64,000 nucleotides of DNA from Candidatus Latescibacterota bacterium (GTDB lineage: Bacteria > Latescibacterota > UBA2968 > UBA8231): assembly GCA_965219385.1 (NCBI GenBank), contig CBDCNM010000002.1:2474936-2538935 (forward strand). The letters run 5' to 3'. Of this stretch, positions 9,751 to 22,436 are shown piece after piece. The notes beneath the pieces were generated by a model. The model did no database searches and had not been told where the DNA came from. It was given only the letters and a program-made list of their open reading frames with translations. A program made the translations under genes and the position numbers. Numbering within the stretch: the first letter of the stretch is position 1; each line of letters opens with the position of its first letter.

Positions 9751-10779
9751 CTACCCGTGCGGCCGGATGATGACCTTCAGGCACTCCGTCCCGGCGCTCG
9801 CTAGTCGGAACCCCTCGCCGATCTTCTCGAGGGGCAGACGGTGGGTGACCATATCGCCGACCTCGACCCGGCGCGAACGAATCAATTCCAGGGCCTGCAG
9901 ATTGTCCACCGGTGCGGCGCCGTAGCTCACCTTGATGCTCTTGGAGTCCCGCCAGTAGGCATTGATGTCCACAGCGATTTTCTCTTCGGGCCGGGGCACG
10001 GCGAAAAACAGCACGGTGCCGCCCTTGTCCACCGAATCCAGGGCGGTGGCCGCCGCTGCCGGGGCACCGCTGCCGAGTATGACCTTGTCGACCAGCCGCC
10101 CGCCGTTGACCTGGCGGATAAAATCGGGCACGTCTTCATCGGCTCCCACCACGTGGTCCGCCCCGAATCGTCGGGCCGCCTGCAGGCGAAAATCGTGCAG
10201 GTCGGTGGCGATGATGCGGCCCGCGCCCAGGGCCCTGGCCAGCTTGATGTGCAGCAGGCCGATGAGCCCGCTGCCCAGGACCAGCAGGCTGTCTCCCGGG
10301 CGCATAGCCAACTCCCGCAGGCCGCGGACCACGGTGCCCAGCGGTTCGATAAAAGACCCCTCTTCGTACGAGACCCCCTCGGGCAATTTCATCGTCCCCT
10401 TGGACACGCTACCGCCCGTGATCCTGAGGTAGTCGGCAAAACCACCCGGCGCAAAGTTGTTTTCCCCGTGAAAAACCTCACAGGCGGTGTGGTAGCCGTT
10501 TAAACAGTAACCGCACACGTCGCAAGGCACGTGGTGGGTGGAAAAAATTCGCTCCCCCACCGCAAAATCCGCCACCTCCCGCCCCACTTCGACCACCTCG
10601 CCCGTCACCTCGTGGCCCAGCACCAGCGGCGCCTTCTCGATCCTGTACCACTCCATCAGGTCGCTGCCGCAAATCCCGCTCGCCACCACCTTTAAAAGCA
10701 CGTCCCCGTCCCCCACCTCGGGCACCGACGCTTCTTCGAGCCGGACATCCCGGTTGTTGTAGTACATGCCCACTTTCAT
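9751..10779 (-). CDS. Zn-dependent alcohol/polyol dehydrogenase
   Basis: GICGSD, GHEVTG, CxxCxxC structural Zn site, GSGLIG. Confidence 0.9.
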   Translation of the reverse strand: MKVGMYYNNRDVRLEEASVPEVGDGDVLLKVVASGICGSDLMEWYRIEKAPLVLGHEVTGEVVEVGREVADFAVGERIFSTHHVPCDVCGYCLNGYHTACEVFHGENNFAPGGFADYLRITGGSVSKGTMKLPEGVSYEEGSFIEPLGTVVRGLRELAMRPGDSLLVLGSGLIGLLHIKLARALGAGRIIATDLHDFRLQAARRFGADHVVGADEDVPDFIRQVNGGRLVDKVILGSGAPAAAATALDSVDKGGTVLFFAVPRPEEKIAVDINAYWRDSKSIKVSYGAAPVDNLQALELIRSRRVEVGDMVTHRLPLEKIGEGFRLASAGTECLKVIIRPHG

Positions 10780-11639
10780 TGGTCCGTACTCCCGCTCTTC
10801 AAATCCTCGAACAGCGCAAAGGCCTCTTCCGGAGTGCGGCCCTCGTGGACCACCGAGCGCACCGCCTGGATCATGGCCACCGGATCCTCCGACTGGAAGA
10901 TATTGCGGCCCATGTCGACTCCGTCGGCCCCGGCCGCGATCGCCTGGAAGGTAAACTGAAGCGCCTCGACCTCCGGAATCTTTTTGCCCCCGGCGATGAC
11001 GATGGGTACCTGTATGCCGTTGCGGATATGGTCGAAATTGTCCACGTAGTAGGTCTTGACGATATTGGCGCCGTTTTCCTGGATGATCCGGCCGGCGTGG
11101 GCAAAGTACTTGGCCGCGTCGAAATCGGCACTTCCCTCTCCTTCTCCTTTGACCATGGGTTCCAACCTGGCGCCTACCGCAGTGATGCCCAGCACCAGAA
11201 TACCGTACCTGCTGGCCTGGTTGGCCAGCTTGCCCAGGCTGCGGAGGGTCTGGGCCTGGTGCTCGGTGTCGATATAGACCGAAACCGATACCCCGACGGC
11301 GTTGAGCCGGACCGCTTCCTCCACGGAGGTGATGATGTGCTCGTCGGAAAGTTCCTCGCGTCGCGTCATGCTGTTGCCCCCGGTGACCCGCAGGATGACG
11401 GGGGTCGGCACCAGGGGATCCAGGCAGTATTCCAGGGTCCCCTTGGCCGGACTGATGGCGTCGGCGTAGGGCACCAGCGGGGTTATGGTCTCTCGCGGAT
11501 CTTCCAGGCCCGTGGTCGGTCCGTAGAAGTAGGGATGGTCGACGGCCAGCATCACCGTATGGGGCTCGCCCCGCAGGTTCGGCCGAAAAATCTGAGCCAT
11601 GCGGTTGGTTTTTCCCCAGCTGAGTTGTCCATAATTCAT
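10776..11639 (-). CDS. lsrF: LsrF/DhnA-type class I aldolase-thiolase
   Basis: MLAVDHPYFYGPTTGLE, VKTYY, PIVIAGGKK, GVDMGRNIFQ. Confidence 0.75.
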   Translation of the reverse strand: MNYGQLSWGKTNRMAQIFRPNLRGEPHTVMLAVDHPYFYGPTTGLEDPRETITPLVPYADAISPAKGTLEYCLDPLVPTPVILRVTGGNSMTRREELSDEHIITSVEEAVRLNAVGVSVSVYIDTEHQAQTLRSLGKLANQASRYGILVLGITAVGARLEPMVKGEGEGSADFDAAKYFAHAGRIIQENGANIVKTYYVDNFDHIRNGIQVPIVIAGGKKIPEVEALQFTFQAIAAGADGVDMGRNIFQSEDPVAMIQAVRSVVHEGRTPEEAFALFEDLKSGSTDQ

Positions 11640-11756
11640 GGCGAAATCACCTTCTGGTATTTTCTTTCTGGTTTTGAATTATTCTTCTGGATTCTCCCGG
11701 CGCAGGATCTCCACCGTCTGGCTCAGCGCCGGGGAATAGGAAAAAATGATGGACTC

Positions 11757-12092
11757 TTACTTCAGCTTGGGGTTGCAGGCGTGCCGCCCCCGGTCCCGTT
11801 GCGTCTTCTTGTCCATGGCGGCGGCAAAGGCCTCCTCCAGATCCACGCCGGTTTGATTGGCCAGACAGATCAACACGAACAGGATGTCCGCCATTTCCAT
11901 ACCCAGGTCCGCGTCCTCTTCCCCTGCTTTAAAACTTTGCTCGCCAAACCGGCGGGCCATCAGGCGGGCCAGTTCGCCGACCTCTTCCATGAGGATGGCG
12001 GTATTGGTAAGTTCCGAAAAATAGCGTACCCCTATGGTGCGGATCCACTCGTTGACCGTTCTCTGACAATCGGCCAGACTCTTCCCCGCCAC
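11757..12092 (-). CDS. MazG-like nucleotide pyrophosphohydrolase
   Basis: LMEEVGELAR and EMADILFVLICLANQTG. Confidence 0.9.
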   Translation of the reverse strand: MAGKSLADCQRTVNEWIRTIGVRYFSELTNTAILMEEVGELARLMARRFGEQSFKAGEEDADLGMEMADILFVLICLANQTGVDLEEAFAAAMDKKTQRDRGRHACNPKLK

Positions 12093-12102
12093 GTAAAGCC
12101 TG

Positions 12103-13203
12103 CTAGCCAGTCGGAATAGGGGAAAGGCCGTCCGCCTGGCGCTGTTTATTCACCTCGTCCAGACGCCAGGGCACCACCGAGCCATCGGCCCGAAAGCGGT
12201 CGTAATACCCCTCCCCGGAACCCGCGATCGGCATGAGGACTTTGGATGACCGCAGAGCCGCCTTGTCCAGGGTCTCTCCACCGATCAGATCCACCAGCGC
12301 TATATCCTCGACCCGGCTGGTGCCCAGGCCGCGTTCGGCGGCAAACTTCAGGTAGGGTGTCACCTGCGGATCCAGGCCCATCAGATAAGTGGCCACGGCA
12401 TCCACATGGACCTCGTTTTCGCCGATCAGGGTCCAGCCCAGTGGATGGTTCTCCCCCTCGTTAAAGGCGGTGCCGTCCCGGCCTATAAGCCCGTCGACCA
12501 TGCACAGTCGCGGAATGCGGAGACTGCGCAACGCCGCTACCAGATCGCAGAGCTTGTGATAAAAACGCTCTTCGAAAAGACTGATCCCGTTCTCGGTGAG
12601 GCGCCAGATGCCCTCTTCGAGGGGCTTGTCTACTTCCTGCATGGCACACAAATGGCGCTCTGGCCGGTCGAGGATGCCCATCAGGTTTTTGATCGCCAGG
12701 GTGGTGCAGCCCAGGTTGTGGCACTTGGCCAGGGGCACATTAAAAAAGAAGGCGCAATCCACCACTTCCTCGTAGATCGGGTAGTGCTCGTACACCCCCC
12801 CCCCCGGCACCTGCACTGACTTGCTCTGCGCCTGATTCAGCTCCGCCAGCCGCGCCCCACACTCAGCTGCCATGGCTGCGTACCCGACCTTTTCCCAGGT
12901 GAACCCCTCCTTGGGGTTTTCGCCGGATTGCCCATCGCCTATCACCAGCCGCTCCGGATCCACCCCCCTTTCCAGCAGAACATCCAGCATACCGGCGAGA
13001 AAGCCGGGATGGGTGACAATCCGCTTTTCTGGAGGATAGAGCACGGTCGCATTGGGTTTCAGCAGGATGGACCCCGCTGCCGGCAACTCCAGATCCGCCG
13101 CCCTGAGAGCACTACAGGCCAGTTCTCTGTAGACCGCGGCAGGGGCCTGCGCCTCTTCAATGGACGTGCGGTGGATGTAGACTTTGTCAGGATCTAGTTT
13201 CAT
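12103..13203 (-). CDS. DUF362 family protein
   Basis: ILLKPN, THP, VPLAKCH..TLAIKNLMG. Confidence 0.75.
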   Translation of the reverse strand: MKLDPDKVYIHRTSIEEAQAPAAVYRELACSALRAADLELPAAGSILLKPNATVLYPPEKRIVTHPGFLAGMLDVLLERGVDPERLVIGDGQSGENPKEGFTWEKVGYAAMAAECGARLAELNQAQSKSVQVPGGGVYEHYPIYEEVVDCAFFFNVPLAKCHNLGCTTLAIKNLMGILDRPERHLCAMQEVDKPLEEGIWRLTENGISLFEERFYHKLCDLVAALRSLRIPRLCMVDGLIGRDGTAFNEGENHPLGWTLIGENEVHVDAVATYLMGLDPQVTPYLKFAAERGLGTSRVEDIALVDLIGGETLDKAALRSSKVLMPIAGSGEGYYDRFRADGSVVPWRLDEVNKQRQADGLSPIPTG

Positions 13204-13374
13204 GGGTTGAGACCCTTTCCGGCTTTCTATCTAAAAAAAATATAAAAAGCAGTCAAGAGGCTTTTCTCTCGACTGCTGCGCGCGCTGATTGAAACGACGT
13301 TGAGCATGGTGTGCGGACATACCATCAAGGCCGGGAGGGGATTTTGTCGGAGGCGTTTGGGGGGATACTGATAC

Positions 13375-14646
13375 TCAGATGCGTTCCAGTTCGGCCCCCA
13401 GACCACTCAGGCGTTCCTCTATGTGGGCATGTCCCCTGTCCAGCTGATAAAGACTGTGAATGCTGGTGCGCCCCTCGGCCGCCAGTCCGGCCAGCACACA
13501 GGCCGCGCCAGCGCGAATATCCAGGGCCTTGACCTTGGTCCCGTACAAGCGAGCGGGCCCCTGAACGATGACCAGACGATCCTTTTCCGGAGATAGTTTG
13601 GCTCCAAAAGCGCGCAGATTTTTTACGTGTCCCAAGCGATCTTCAAAGACGGCTTCACGGATGTAGCTGTCGCCCCTGGCGACACAGGCCAGGGCCGTGA
13701 TACTGGGCTGTAAATCGGTTGGAAAACCCGGATAGAAGGTGGTTATCACATTGATCGGAGAAAGCTTCTCGGGACTGCGGACCCTGGTCCAATCGCCGTC
13801 CTGTAGAGTCTCGACCCCCATCTGCTGCAGCTTGGCCTCAAAGACCCGCAGGTGCTCCATACACACCCCTTTCAAGGCGATGTCGCCGCCGGTAATGGCG
13901 CCAGCCATCATCAGCATGCCGGCGTCCAGGCGATCGTACATCACCGTGTGTTCGGCCCCGTGCAGCTTTTCGACCCCGGTGATTTTTATCGTGCGGGTGC
14001 CGGCTCCCTCGACCTGGACTCCCATCTTGATGAGCAATTCGACAAAATCGCCGATCTCCGGATCGGAGGCGGCGTTTTCGATCAGGGATTCCCCCTTTGC
14101 CAGACTGGCCGCCATGATCAGGTTTTCCGCTCCTGTATGGGTGGGCACATCGCAGTACATAAAGGCCCCCTGCAGCTTCCTGGCATGGACCTCGATGCCT
14201 CCCCCGCTTTTGCCTTCGACCACAGCGCCCAGACGGGCAAAACCGCGATGGTGGATATCCCACGGCCGCTGGCCAATGCTGCAGCCGCCCACTTCTTTGA
14301 TCTGGGCCTGGCGGAAACGAGCCAGGAGCGGTCCGACGAATAGCAGGGACGCCCGAAAACGGTCGGTCAGATCATCGGGCAGGTTGGTGCTCTGTACTTT
14401 GGTAGCATCAATTACAGCTACACCCTGAACTGGATCGTAGTCCACGGTTGCCCCCAGACGGCGCAAAACTTCCAGGGCCATCAGTACATCTTTGATGGGA
14501 GGAACCCGATGCAGAACGGTCTGCCCTTCCTCGGCCAGCAGGGATGCCGCAATCATGGGCAGGATCGCATTCTTCGACCCCTGGACCAGGGCTTCACCCC
14601 TTAGGGGGCGCCCACCTTCTATGTACAGAACCTCTTCGGATGCCAT
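13375..14646 (-). CDS. murA: UDP-N-acetylglucosamine 1-carboxyvinyltransferase
   Basis: GSKNAILP, GGCSIGQRP, YPGFPTDLQ, DIRAGA, LDRGH. Confidence 0.95.
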   Translation of the reverse strand: MASEEVLYIEGGRPLRGEALVQGSKNAILPMIAASLLAEEGQTVLHRVPPIKDVLMALEVLRRLGATVDYDPVQGVAVIDATKVQSTNLPDDLTDRFRASLLFVGPLLARFRQAQIKEVGGCSIGQRPWDIHHRGFARLGAVVEGKSGGGIEVHARKLQGAFMYCDVPTHTGAENLIMAASLAKGESLIENAASDPEIGDFVELLIKMGVQVEGAGTRTIKITGVEKLHGAEHTVMYDRLDAGMLMMAGAITGGDIALKGVCMEHLRVFEAKLQQMGVETLQDGDWTRVRSPEKLSPINVITTFYPGFPTDLQPSITALACVARGDSYIREAVFEDRLGHVKNLRAFGAKLSPEKDRLVIVQGPARLYGTKVKALDIRAGAACVLAGLAAEGRTSIHSLYQLDRGHAHIEERLSGLGAELERI

Positions 14647-14862
14647 CGATTTTTGTCGGATAAAAAACGGGAACGGCCCGGGGAGGGCTGAAGCGACGTC
14701 GGAGTCTGACGAAGAATGTACAACCGCATGGGCGTTTCGTCAATCAAAAATATCGAGTTAGCGTCATGGGTTGACAGATGTACGGACGTTTTTATATTCC
14801 TCATACAATCGAGCGTCTCGAGCGCATATTCCACCCATTTTTTTGGAAAGGACTGAACCACC

Positions 14863-15132
14863 ATGGCCGACACACCCGAAATCGTCGCTTATCTGAAACC
14901 TGTATGTGGCTGGAGCAGTGGCGTGCGCGCAGTCTTTCGCAAGTACGACCTTGCCTACGAAGACAAGGACATCATCAACAACCCCGAGATCTATGCCGAA
15001 ATGGTGCAGAGGAGCGGTCAGCCCCTGTCGCCCTGTGTGGCGGTCAACGGCCAGATGCTGGCCGATGTCAGCGGCGAAGAGGTCGAGGCCTGGTTGGTGC
15101 AAAACAACGTCGTTGAGCCTATCCCGGCCTGA
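14863..15132 (+). CDS. Glutaredoxin-like protein (CGWS)
   Basis: KPVCGWS and SGQPLSP motifs, 89 aa. Confidence 0.75.
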   Translation: MADTPEIVAYLKPVCGWSSGVRAVFRKYDLAYEDKDIINNPEIYAEMVQRSGQPLSPCVAVNGQMLADVSGEEVEAWLVQNNVVEPIPA

Positions 15133-15195
15133 GAAGCTGTCGTCTGAAAACCCCCATGGCGCTGGCAGTTGCGCTTTGGGCTCACCGGGAGCTTC
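15133..15195. repeat. Degenerate 63-bp copy of the small TIR element
   Basis: GAAGC...GCTTC ends filling the gap between two convergent stop codons; flanked by TGA and TAA. Confidence 0.5.
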
Positions 15196-15767
15196 TAAGA
15201 GTCCAGAATAAAACCCAGTTCCAGCCGCACCCGCTCGGTGATATTGGGCTGTTCGTGGTTGAGAGGACCCGTGGCAGCCGGCCGGACTAGGGTCAGGGCG
15301 CCCAGAGGACGATTGTCCTGCCCGCTCAGGGGCAGGACATAGACAAAGCCTATATTGCCGGTTTGGGCCCCTGCCAACAGGAAATCCTTTAATCCCGCGG
15401 GCAGGGGATTATCGTCGCCGGCCTCCACCTGTCCCAGCACCAGCAGGGCCGCTTGGTCGGCAAGCGCTTTGCCGGCCAGCGAGGAGCCCGCTGCCGCAGG
15501 CGACTGGCCGAAGAAATCTTCTTTTTCCAGCAGGACCTTCAGAGCCTGGGCCCTTTGGCTGTCCGTGGAAACGACGCTCCCCAACTCCAGGTTTCCGCTC
15601 TCGTTGACGCGCTCGTAGACCATGGTTTCGGCCACATCGATTTGCATCAACAACTCCATGGCCTGCTCCACGGCAGCGTCTTTGGGCATTTCCCGCAGCA
15701 TGGCGACGATGTGCTCGGGAATCTCCATGGGCTCAGGCATATTAAAGGGTATTATTGAGACGGGCAT
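15195..15767 (-). CDS. Hypothetical protein, possibly GAF-like
   Basis: 190-aa ORF; C-terminal VLPL...PLGALTL resembles GAF strands. Confidence 0.55.
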   Translation of the reverse strand: MPVSIIPFNMPEPMEIPEHIVAMLREMPKDAAVEQAMELLMQIDVAETMVYERVNESGNLELGSVVSTDSQRAQALKVLLEKEDFFGQSPAAAGSSLAGKALADQAALLVLGQVEAGDDNPLPAGLKDFLLAGAQTGNIGFVYVLPLSGQDNRPLGALTLVRPAATGPLNHEQPNITERVRLELGFILDS

Positions 15768-15776
15768 GGGACTCCC

Positions 15777-15806
15777 TTGACACCCCCTTAAAAGGGGTTA
15801 TATTTT
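15777..15806 (+). promoter_or_regulatory. Sigma70-type promoter of tRNA-Phe
   Basis: TTGACA at 15777 and TATATT/TATTTT 16-18 bp downstream. Confidence 0.55.
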
Positions 15807-15820
15807 ACGCTGCTTTGGGC

Positions 15821-15896
15821 GGCGCTTTAGCTCAGTAGGTAGAGCAGGGGACTGAAAATCCCTGTGTCCGCGGTTCGATTCCGCGAGGCGCCACCA
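15821..15896 (+). tRNA. tRNA-Phe (GAA)
   Basis: Cloverleaf: GGCGCTT/AGGCGCC acceptor stem, CTGAAAA anticodon loop, GTTCGATT T-loop, encoded CCA. Confidence 0.97.
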
Positions 15897-15949
15897 CTTT
15901 TGCCACCACTTTTGCCACCACTTTTGCCACCACTTTTGCCACCACTTTT
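15890..15949 (+). repeat. 5 x 12-bp tandem repeat GCCACCACTTTT
   Basis: Five perfect units; the first contains the tRNA 3' end. Confidence 0.95.
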
Positions 15950-16065
15950 ATTTTTAATATAAACAGGGGCTTACAAATCCACAAGTAAACGCCTGTTTTT
16001 TGTTTATCCCAAAAGGCCCTCTCCAGCACCTGGCGCAGGATTTGCCCCAGCCGGTAAAAGAAACA

Positions 16066-18975
<2,910 letters not shown>

Positions 18976-19124
18976 CACGCCTTCTTTAGTTGGGTGCGGT
19001 CGGGCCGACCGGGTACCTGGGCGGATCAATCTCCCAGACGTGGACGTGCGTATCGACAATCACAATAAATTCTACTCCTCAGAAGCTATAGCCCAGAAGT
19101 CTAATAGTATGTGATCCAGGACAA

Positions 19125-20300
19125 CTAAAGTAGGTGACCTGGAACAATCTTGCCAAGGACTACAGGCCTGCGGGCGCCCGTGGCCGCAGGCAGATTGCCG
19201 CCATGCCCCATCAGGGTCTCGTTGGCCAGCACCGCAAAGGTCAATGCTTCCCTGGCGTCGGGAGAGATCCCCAGACCTTGCAGCGAGGCCACCTGCAGCT
19301 GCGGCAGACCGCGTCTGAGTCCATCCATAATATAGAGGTTGTGCACCCCTCCCCCGCTGACCCAGAGTTCGCCGGCCGGAAAGGCGGGAAGCGCGAATCT
19401 CTCGATGCCATCAACAATGGACCGAACCGTGAAAGCGGTCAAGGTCGCCACCAGATCGGCAGCCCCCAGATTCGTCTCCTGCAGCAACTCCGCCAGGAAG
19501 GCTGCGCCGAACTCTTCCCGCCCGGTGGATTTGGGTGGGCGCTGCTGGAGAAAAGCATGGCCCAGGAGCCGTGCCAGTAGTTCCGGTTCCACCTGTCCCG
19601 CCTCGGCCCTGCGGCCATCCTGGTCAAAGCGTTCCCGACCTGAGGTAAAATGACTCACGGCCCCGTCTATGAGCATATTGCCAGGCCCCAGGTCAAAGGC
19701 ATGGACCTGTTCGGGGCGGGCCCCGGCCGGCAGCATGGTGACATTGGCGATACCGCCAATATTGAGCAGCAAACGCCCGCGTTTTTCGTGGGCAAACAAA
19801 AGATAATCCACCAGGGGAACCAACGGTGCCCCCTGGCCGCCCACGGCCATATCCGCCGGCCGGAAATCCGCGATGGTGGTGATCCCGGTGCGCTGGGCAA
19901 TCACCGCGGGTTCACCGATCTGCAGGGTCGATCCGTGCCGCGCGGCGGGCAGATGCCGCACGGTCTGACCGTGAGAGCCGATCAGGTCCACATCCGCCGC
20001 TTCCAGACCGGCCGCCTCGATCACGGCCAGGGCCGCCTCGGCAAAGCTCTGGCCCAGGGAGAAGTTCAGGCGGCACAAATCGTCCAGGGAAGCATCCTCG
20101 CCAAACAATCCGAAAACCTGCTGCCGCAATTTCTCCGGCAGTTCGAGGGTATGAAAGGCCAGGGGCTGAACCCGGGTAGCGGTCCCGCAACCCGTGATCT
20201 CGGCCAGAACCGCGTCGATCCCATCGGCGGAGGTGCCAGAAATCAGTCCTGCGATTCGACGCTTTGCCTTGTCGGCTATTTTCTGGAGTTGTGCTACCAT
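19125..20300 (-). CDS. anmK: Anhydro-N-acetylmuramic acid kinase
   Basis: GLISGTSADGID, GSHGQT, GGQGAPLVP, NIGGIAN, KSTGRE. Confidence 0.95.
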   Translation of the reverse strand: MVAQLQKIADKAKRRIAGLISGTSADGIDAVLAEITGCGTATRVQPLAFHTLELPEKLRQQVFGLFGEDASLDDLCRLNFSLGQSFAEAALAVIEAAGLEAADVDLIGSHGQTVRHLPAARHGSTLQIGEPAVIAQRTGITTIADFRPADMAVGGQGAPLVPLVDYLLFAHEKRGRLLLNIGGIANVTMLPAGARPEQVHAFDLGPGNMLIDGAVSHFTSGRERFDQDGRRAEAGQVEPELLARLLGHAFLQQRPPKSTGREEFGAAFLAELLQETNLGAADLVATLTAFTVRSIVDGIERFALPAFPAGELWVSGGGVHNLYIMDGLRRGLPQLQVASLQGLGISPDAREALTFAVLANETLMGHGGNLPAATGARRPVVLGKIVPGHLL

Positions 20301-20340
20301 AGCGCAAATCCCGGCGCCAGCATCCAGGCCGCCGAAACCA

Positions 20341-21012
20341 TCAATGTGCCTTGTGCGCTACCAGGATGAAATTCCAGGCATCCTTCTCCATGCAGTGGAT
20401 CCGATCCAGTCCCCAGACCAGGATCTGCACCAGGGCAAAACAGGGCCGCGTCACAAAGGCCAGGCCGACCTTTTCGAACTGCTTCAGGTAATAGCAGAAA
20501 CGGGCTCCAGCCGTAACCCAGTAGCCGGCCATGGGACGCACGTACAGCGGCTCCAGACCCGCCTTGCGGGCCAGGTAGGCGAGTCCGTGGGAAGTAAAGC
20601 GGAAATAATCGTGTGGCGCCTCGTGGATCCCCCAGATGTGCGGCGCCGTCAAGATCAGATGGCCCCCGGGCTTGAGGATGCGGTGAACCTCGTGGAAGAG
20701 TTGTTGGGGCTCGGGCACGTGTTCGAGGACCTGCGAAGAGAGAACTGAATCAAAGCTGGCCTCCCGGAAAGGCAGTTCCAGGGCACTGCCCCAGATATCC
20801 GGGGGGCTGAGGGCATGGCGTTCCTGGTCGTACTCCAGGCTGATGTAGGACTCGGCGTAGCCTGACAGGATGCCCTGATAGGGCCGCTGGCCGCAACCCA
20901 GGTCCAGCAGGCGCCCGCGGGCGTGCTCCCGGGCTGCGATGAGGATATGCTCCCGATTGAGCTTGTGTACCAGCCAGTTCACCGAGAACGGGGAAGTGAC
21001 CACTCCTGTCAT
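20341..21012 (-). CDS. Class I SAM-dependent methyltransferase
   Basis: LLDLGCG, QVLEHV, PHDYFRFT. Confidence 0.85.
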   Translation of the reverse strand: MTGVVTSPFSVNWLVHKLNREHILIAAREHARGRLLDLGCGQRPYQGILSGYAESYISLEYDQERHALSPPDIWGSALELPFREASFDSVLSSQVLEHVPEPQQLFHEVHRILKPGGHLILTAPHIWGIHEAPHDYFRFTSHGLAYLARKAGLEPLYVRPMAGYWVTAGARFCYYLKQFEKVGLAFVTRPCFALVQILVWGLDRIHCMEKDAWNFILVAHKAH

Positions 21013-21025
21013 GGGAACATCCTAG

Positions 21026-22138
21026 CTACTGGCGGTCCCGGGATGTGTGGGGGTAATAATCGATCACCTCACCGGCCCCGTTGATCACGTAACTGCCAGG
21101 ATAGCGGATGGCGGTAGGGCATACGTGACCAGGTACGGCCAGCAAATAACTACCCACGTCAGGTACTGCGCCCGGCCAGTGGAATACCCCGTGTTCTTCG
21201 TTCTGAATCAACAACCGGGCCTCTTCCTGTCCCAGCAGGCGGGCCCGCTTCTCCAGGGGCGGATCTCCGGCAATGGCTTTGATCCCCAGATCCGTGGTAA
21301 TGATTTGCTCCTCCGGATAGCGATCCACCACCTGGGTGAGCACCAGAGCAGCCCAGCGAAAGGGCATGTCGGGCATCCCCTGTCCGTAGTTCACATCCCA
21401 GTAGGTACAGGCCCCGGGCGAACCGAACATCCCTTCCTCCCGGGCGTAATAGGGAAAGGAAAAGGTGCTGCCGGCCACCATGAGCGGCACGGCCCTCCCG
21501 GCGGCTTCCAGCCGGGCTTTGAGCGCCCGGGCCGCGTCTATGTGGCGTTGAGCGGCTGCTTCCCGCTCCGCCAGTTCGGTTATATGCTCGTGGCCATCGT
21601 ACATGTGGAACCCAGTCGCCTCCAGATACGGGTGTTCGTCGACGGCCTGGTAGAGGGCTTCGGCCGCCGCGTCCAGGGCAATGCCGGTGCGGTGCATGCC
21701 CATATCCAGATCCAGCATGACGTTGAATGCCTGCTGCTGGGTGCTGGCCACCTGAGCCAGCACATCAAGGTGTTGCCGAGTGCTGATGATGGCGTGCACC
21801 TGGGCCTCCGGATGAGCCGCGATCAGACCGGCCAGGCGCTCTACCTTGCCCAGCTGAACCAGAGGATAGGCCAGAATGGCCTCCCGGGCGCCCTCATCCA
21901 GGACCATTTCCAATTCTTTCAGGGTGGCACACTTGAAACCAGCAACGCCGGCCTCTATCTTCTTGCGGGTGACGGCCGCGGATTTGTGGGTTTTGACGTG
22001 GACCATGAGGTTTTGTCCGCCGTCCGCCAGCTCGCACATGGTGCGGATGTTGTAGTCCACCAGGTCCTCGAATACCAGCATTGACGGGGTCTCGAGGGCA
22101 TCCGGATCGCCGAGCTTGTAGTCTCCGTACTCGATCAT
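21026..22138 (-). CDS. PLP-dependent D-amino-acid aldolase/deaminase family enzyme
   Basis: HVKTHK, GMHRTG, YDGH, QNEEHG, PGHVCPT. Confidence 0.85.
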   Translation of the reverse strand: MIEYGDYKLGDPDALETPSMLVFEDLVDYNIRTMCELADGGQNLMVHVKTHKSAAVTRKKIEAGVAGFKCATLKELEMVLDEGAREAILAYPLVQLGKVERLAGLIAAHPEAQVHAIISTRQHLDVLAQVASTQQQAFNVMLDLDMGMHRTGIALDAAAEALYQAVDEHPYLEATGFHMYDGHEHITELAEREAAAQRHIDAARALKARLEAAGRAVPLMVAGSTFSFPYYAREEGMFGSPGACTYWDVNYGQGMPDMPFRWAALVLTQVVDRYPEEQIITTDLGIKAIAGDPPLEKRARLLGQEEARLLIQNEEHGVFHWPGAVPDVGSYLLAVPGHVCPTAIRYPGSYVINGAGEVIDYYPHTSRDRQ

Positions 22139-22258
22139 GGGTAGATTCCTGTAAAGGTTCGGGGGGTCAAAATCGGAAAATAGCACAAATCCAGCACTCA
22201 GGCAAACCATTGATTGGGCGCGAAAGACCTGTTTCTTTAATTAATTAGCGGGGATTAA

Positions 22259-22419
22259 GAAGCTTTCTTAAAATTCCCGGTGTGCTCCGAGCGTGCGCAA
22301 AACGGGCGTGGGCAAGGCGCCCGATGGCGCCATATTGACCAAATATGGCAACTGAGGGCAACGCCGATCCACGCCCGTTGCAGCCGGGCGAAGGCCAGCG
22401 GAGGTTTTGAGACGGCTTC
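22259..22419. mobile_element. MITE-like element, 161 bp
   Basis: Imperfect TIRs GAAGCTTTCTTAAAATTCC and GGAGGTTTTGAGACGGCTTC; TAA on both flanks. Confidence 0.7.
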
Positions 22420-22436
22420 TAATACAGGATTAGACC

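Noticed and set aside
12795..12805. C11 run in the DUF362 gene as a phase-variation tract
   Set aside because: The frame is intact, it encodes PGGG, and a single sequence gives no evidence of variation
15890..15949. CRISPR array or KVVA-repeat protein (ORF 15832-16029)
   Set aside because: There are no spacers, and the ORF is the antisense of the tRNA and its tandem repeat
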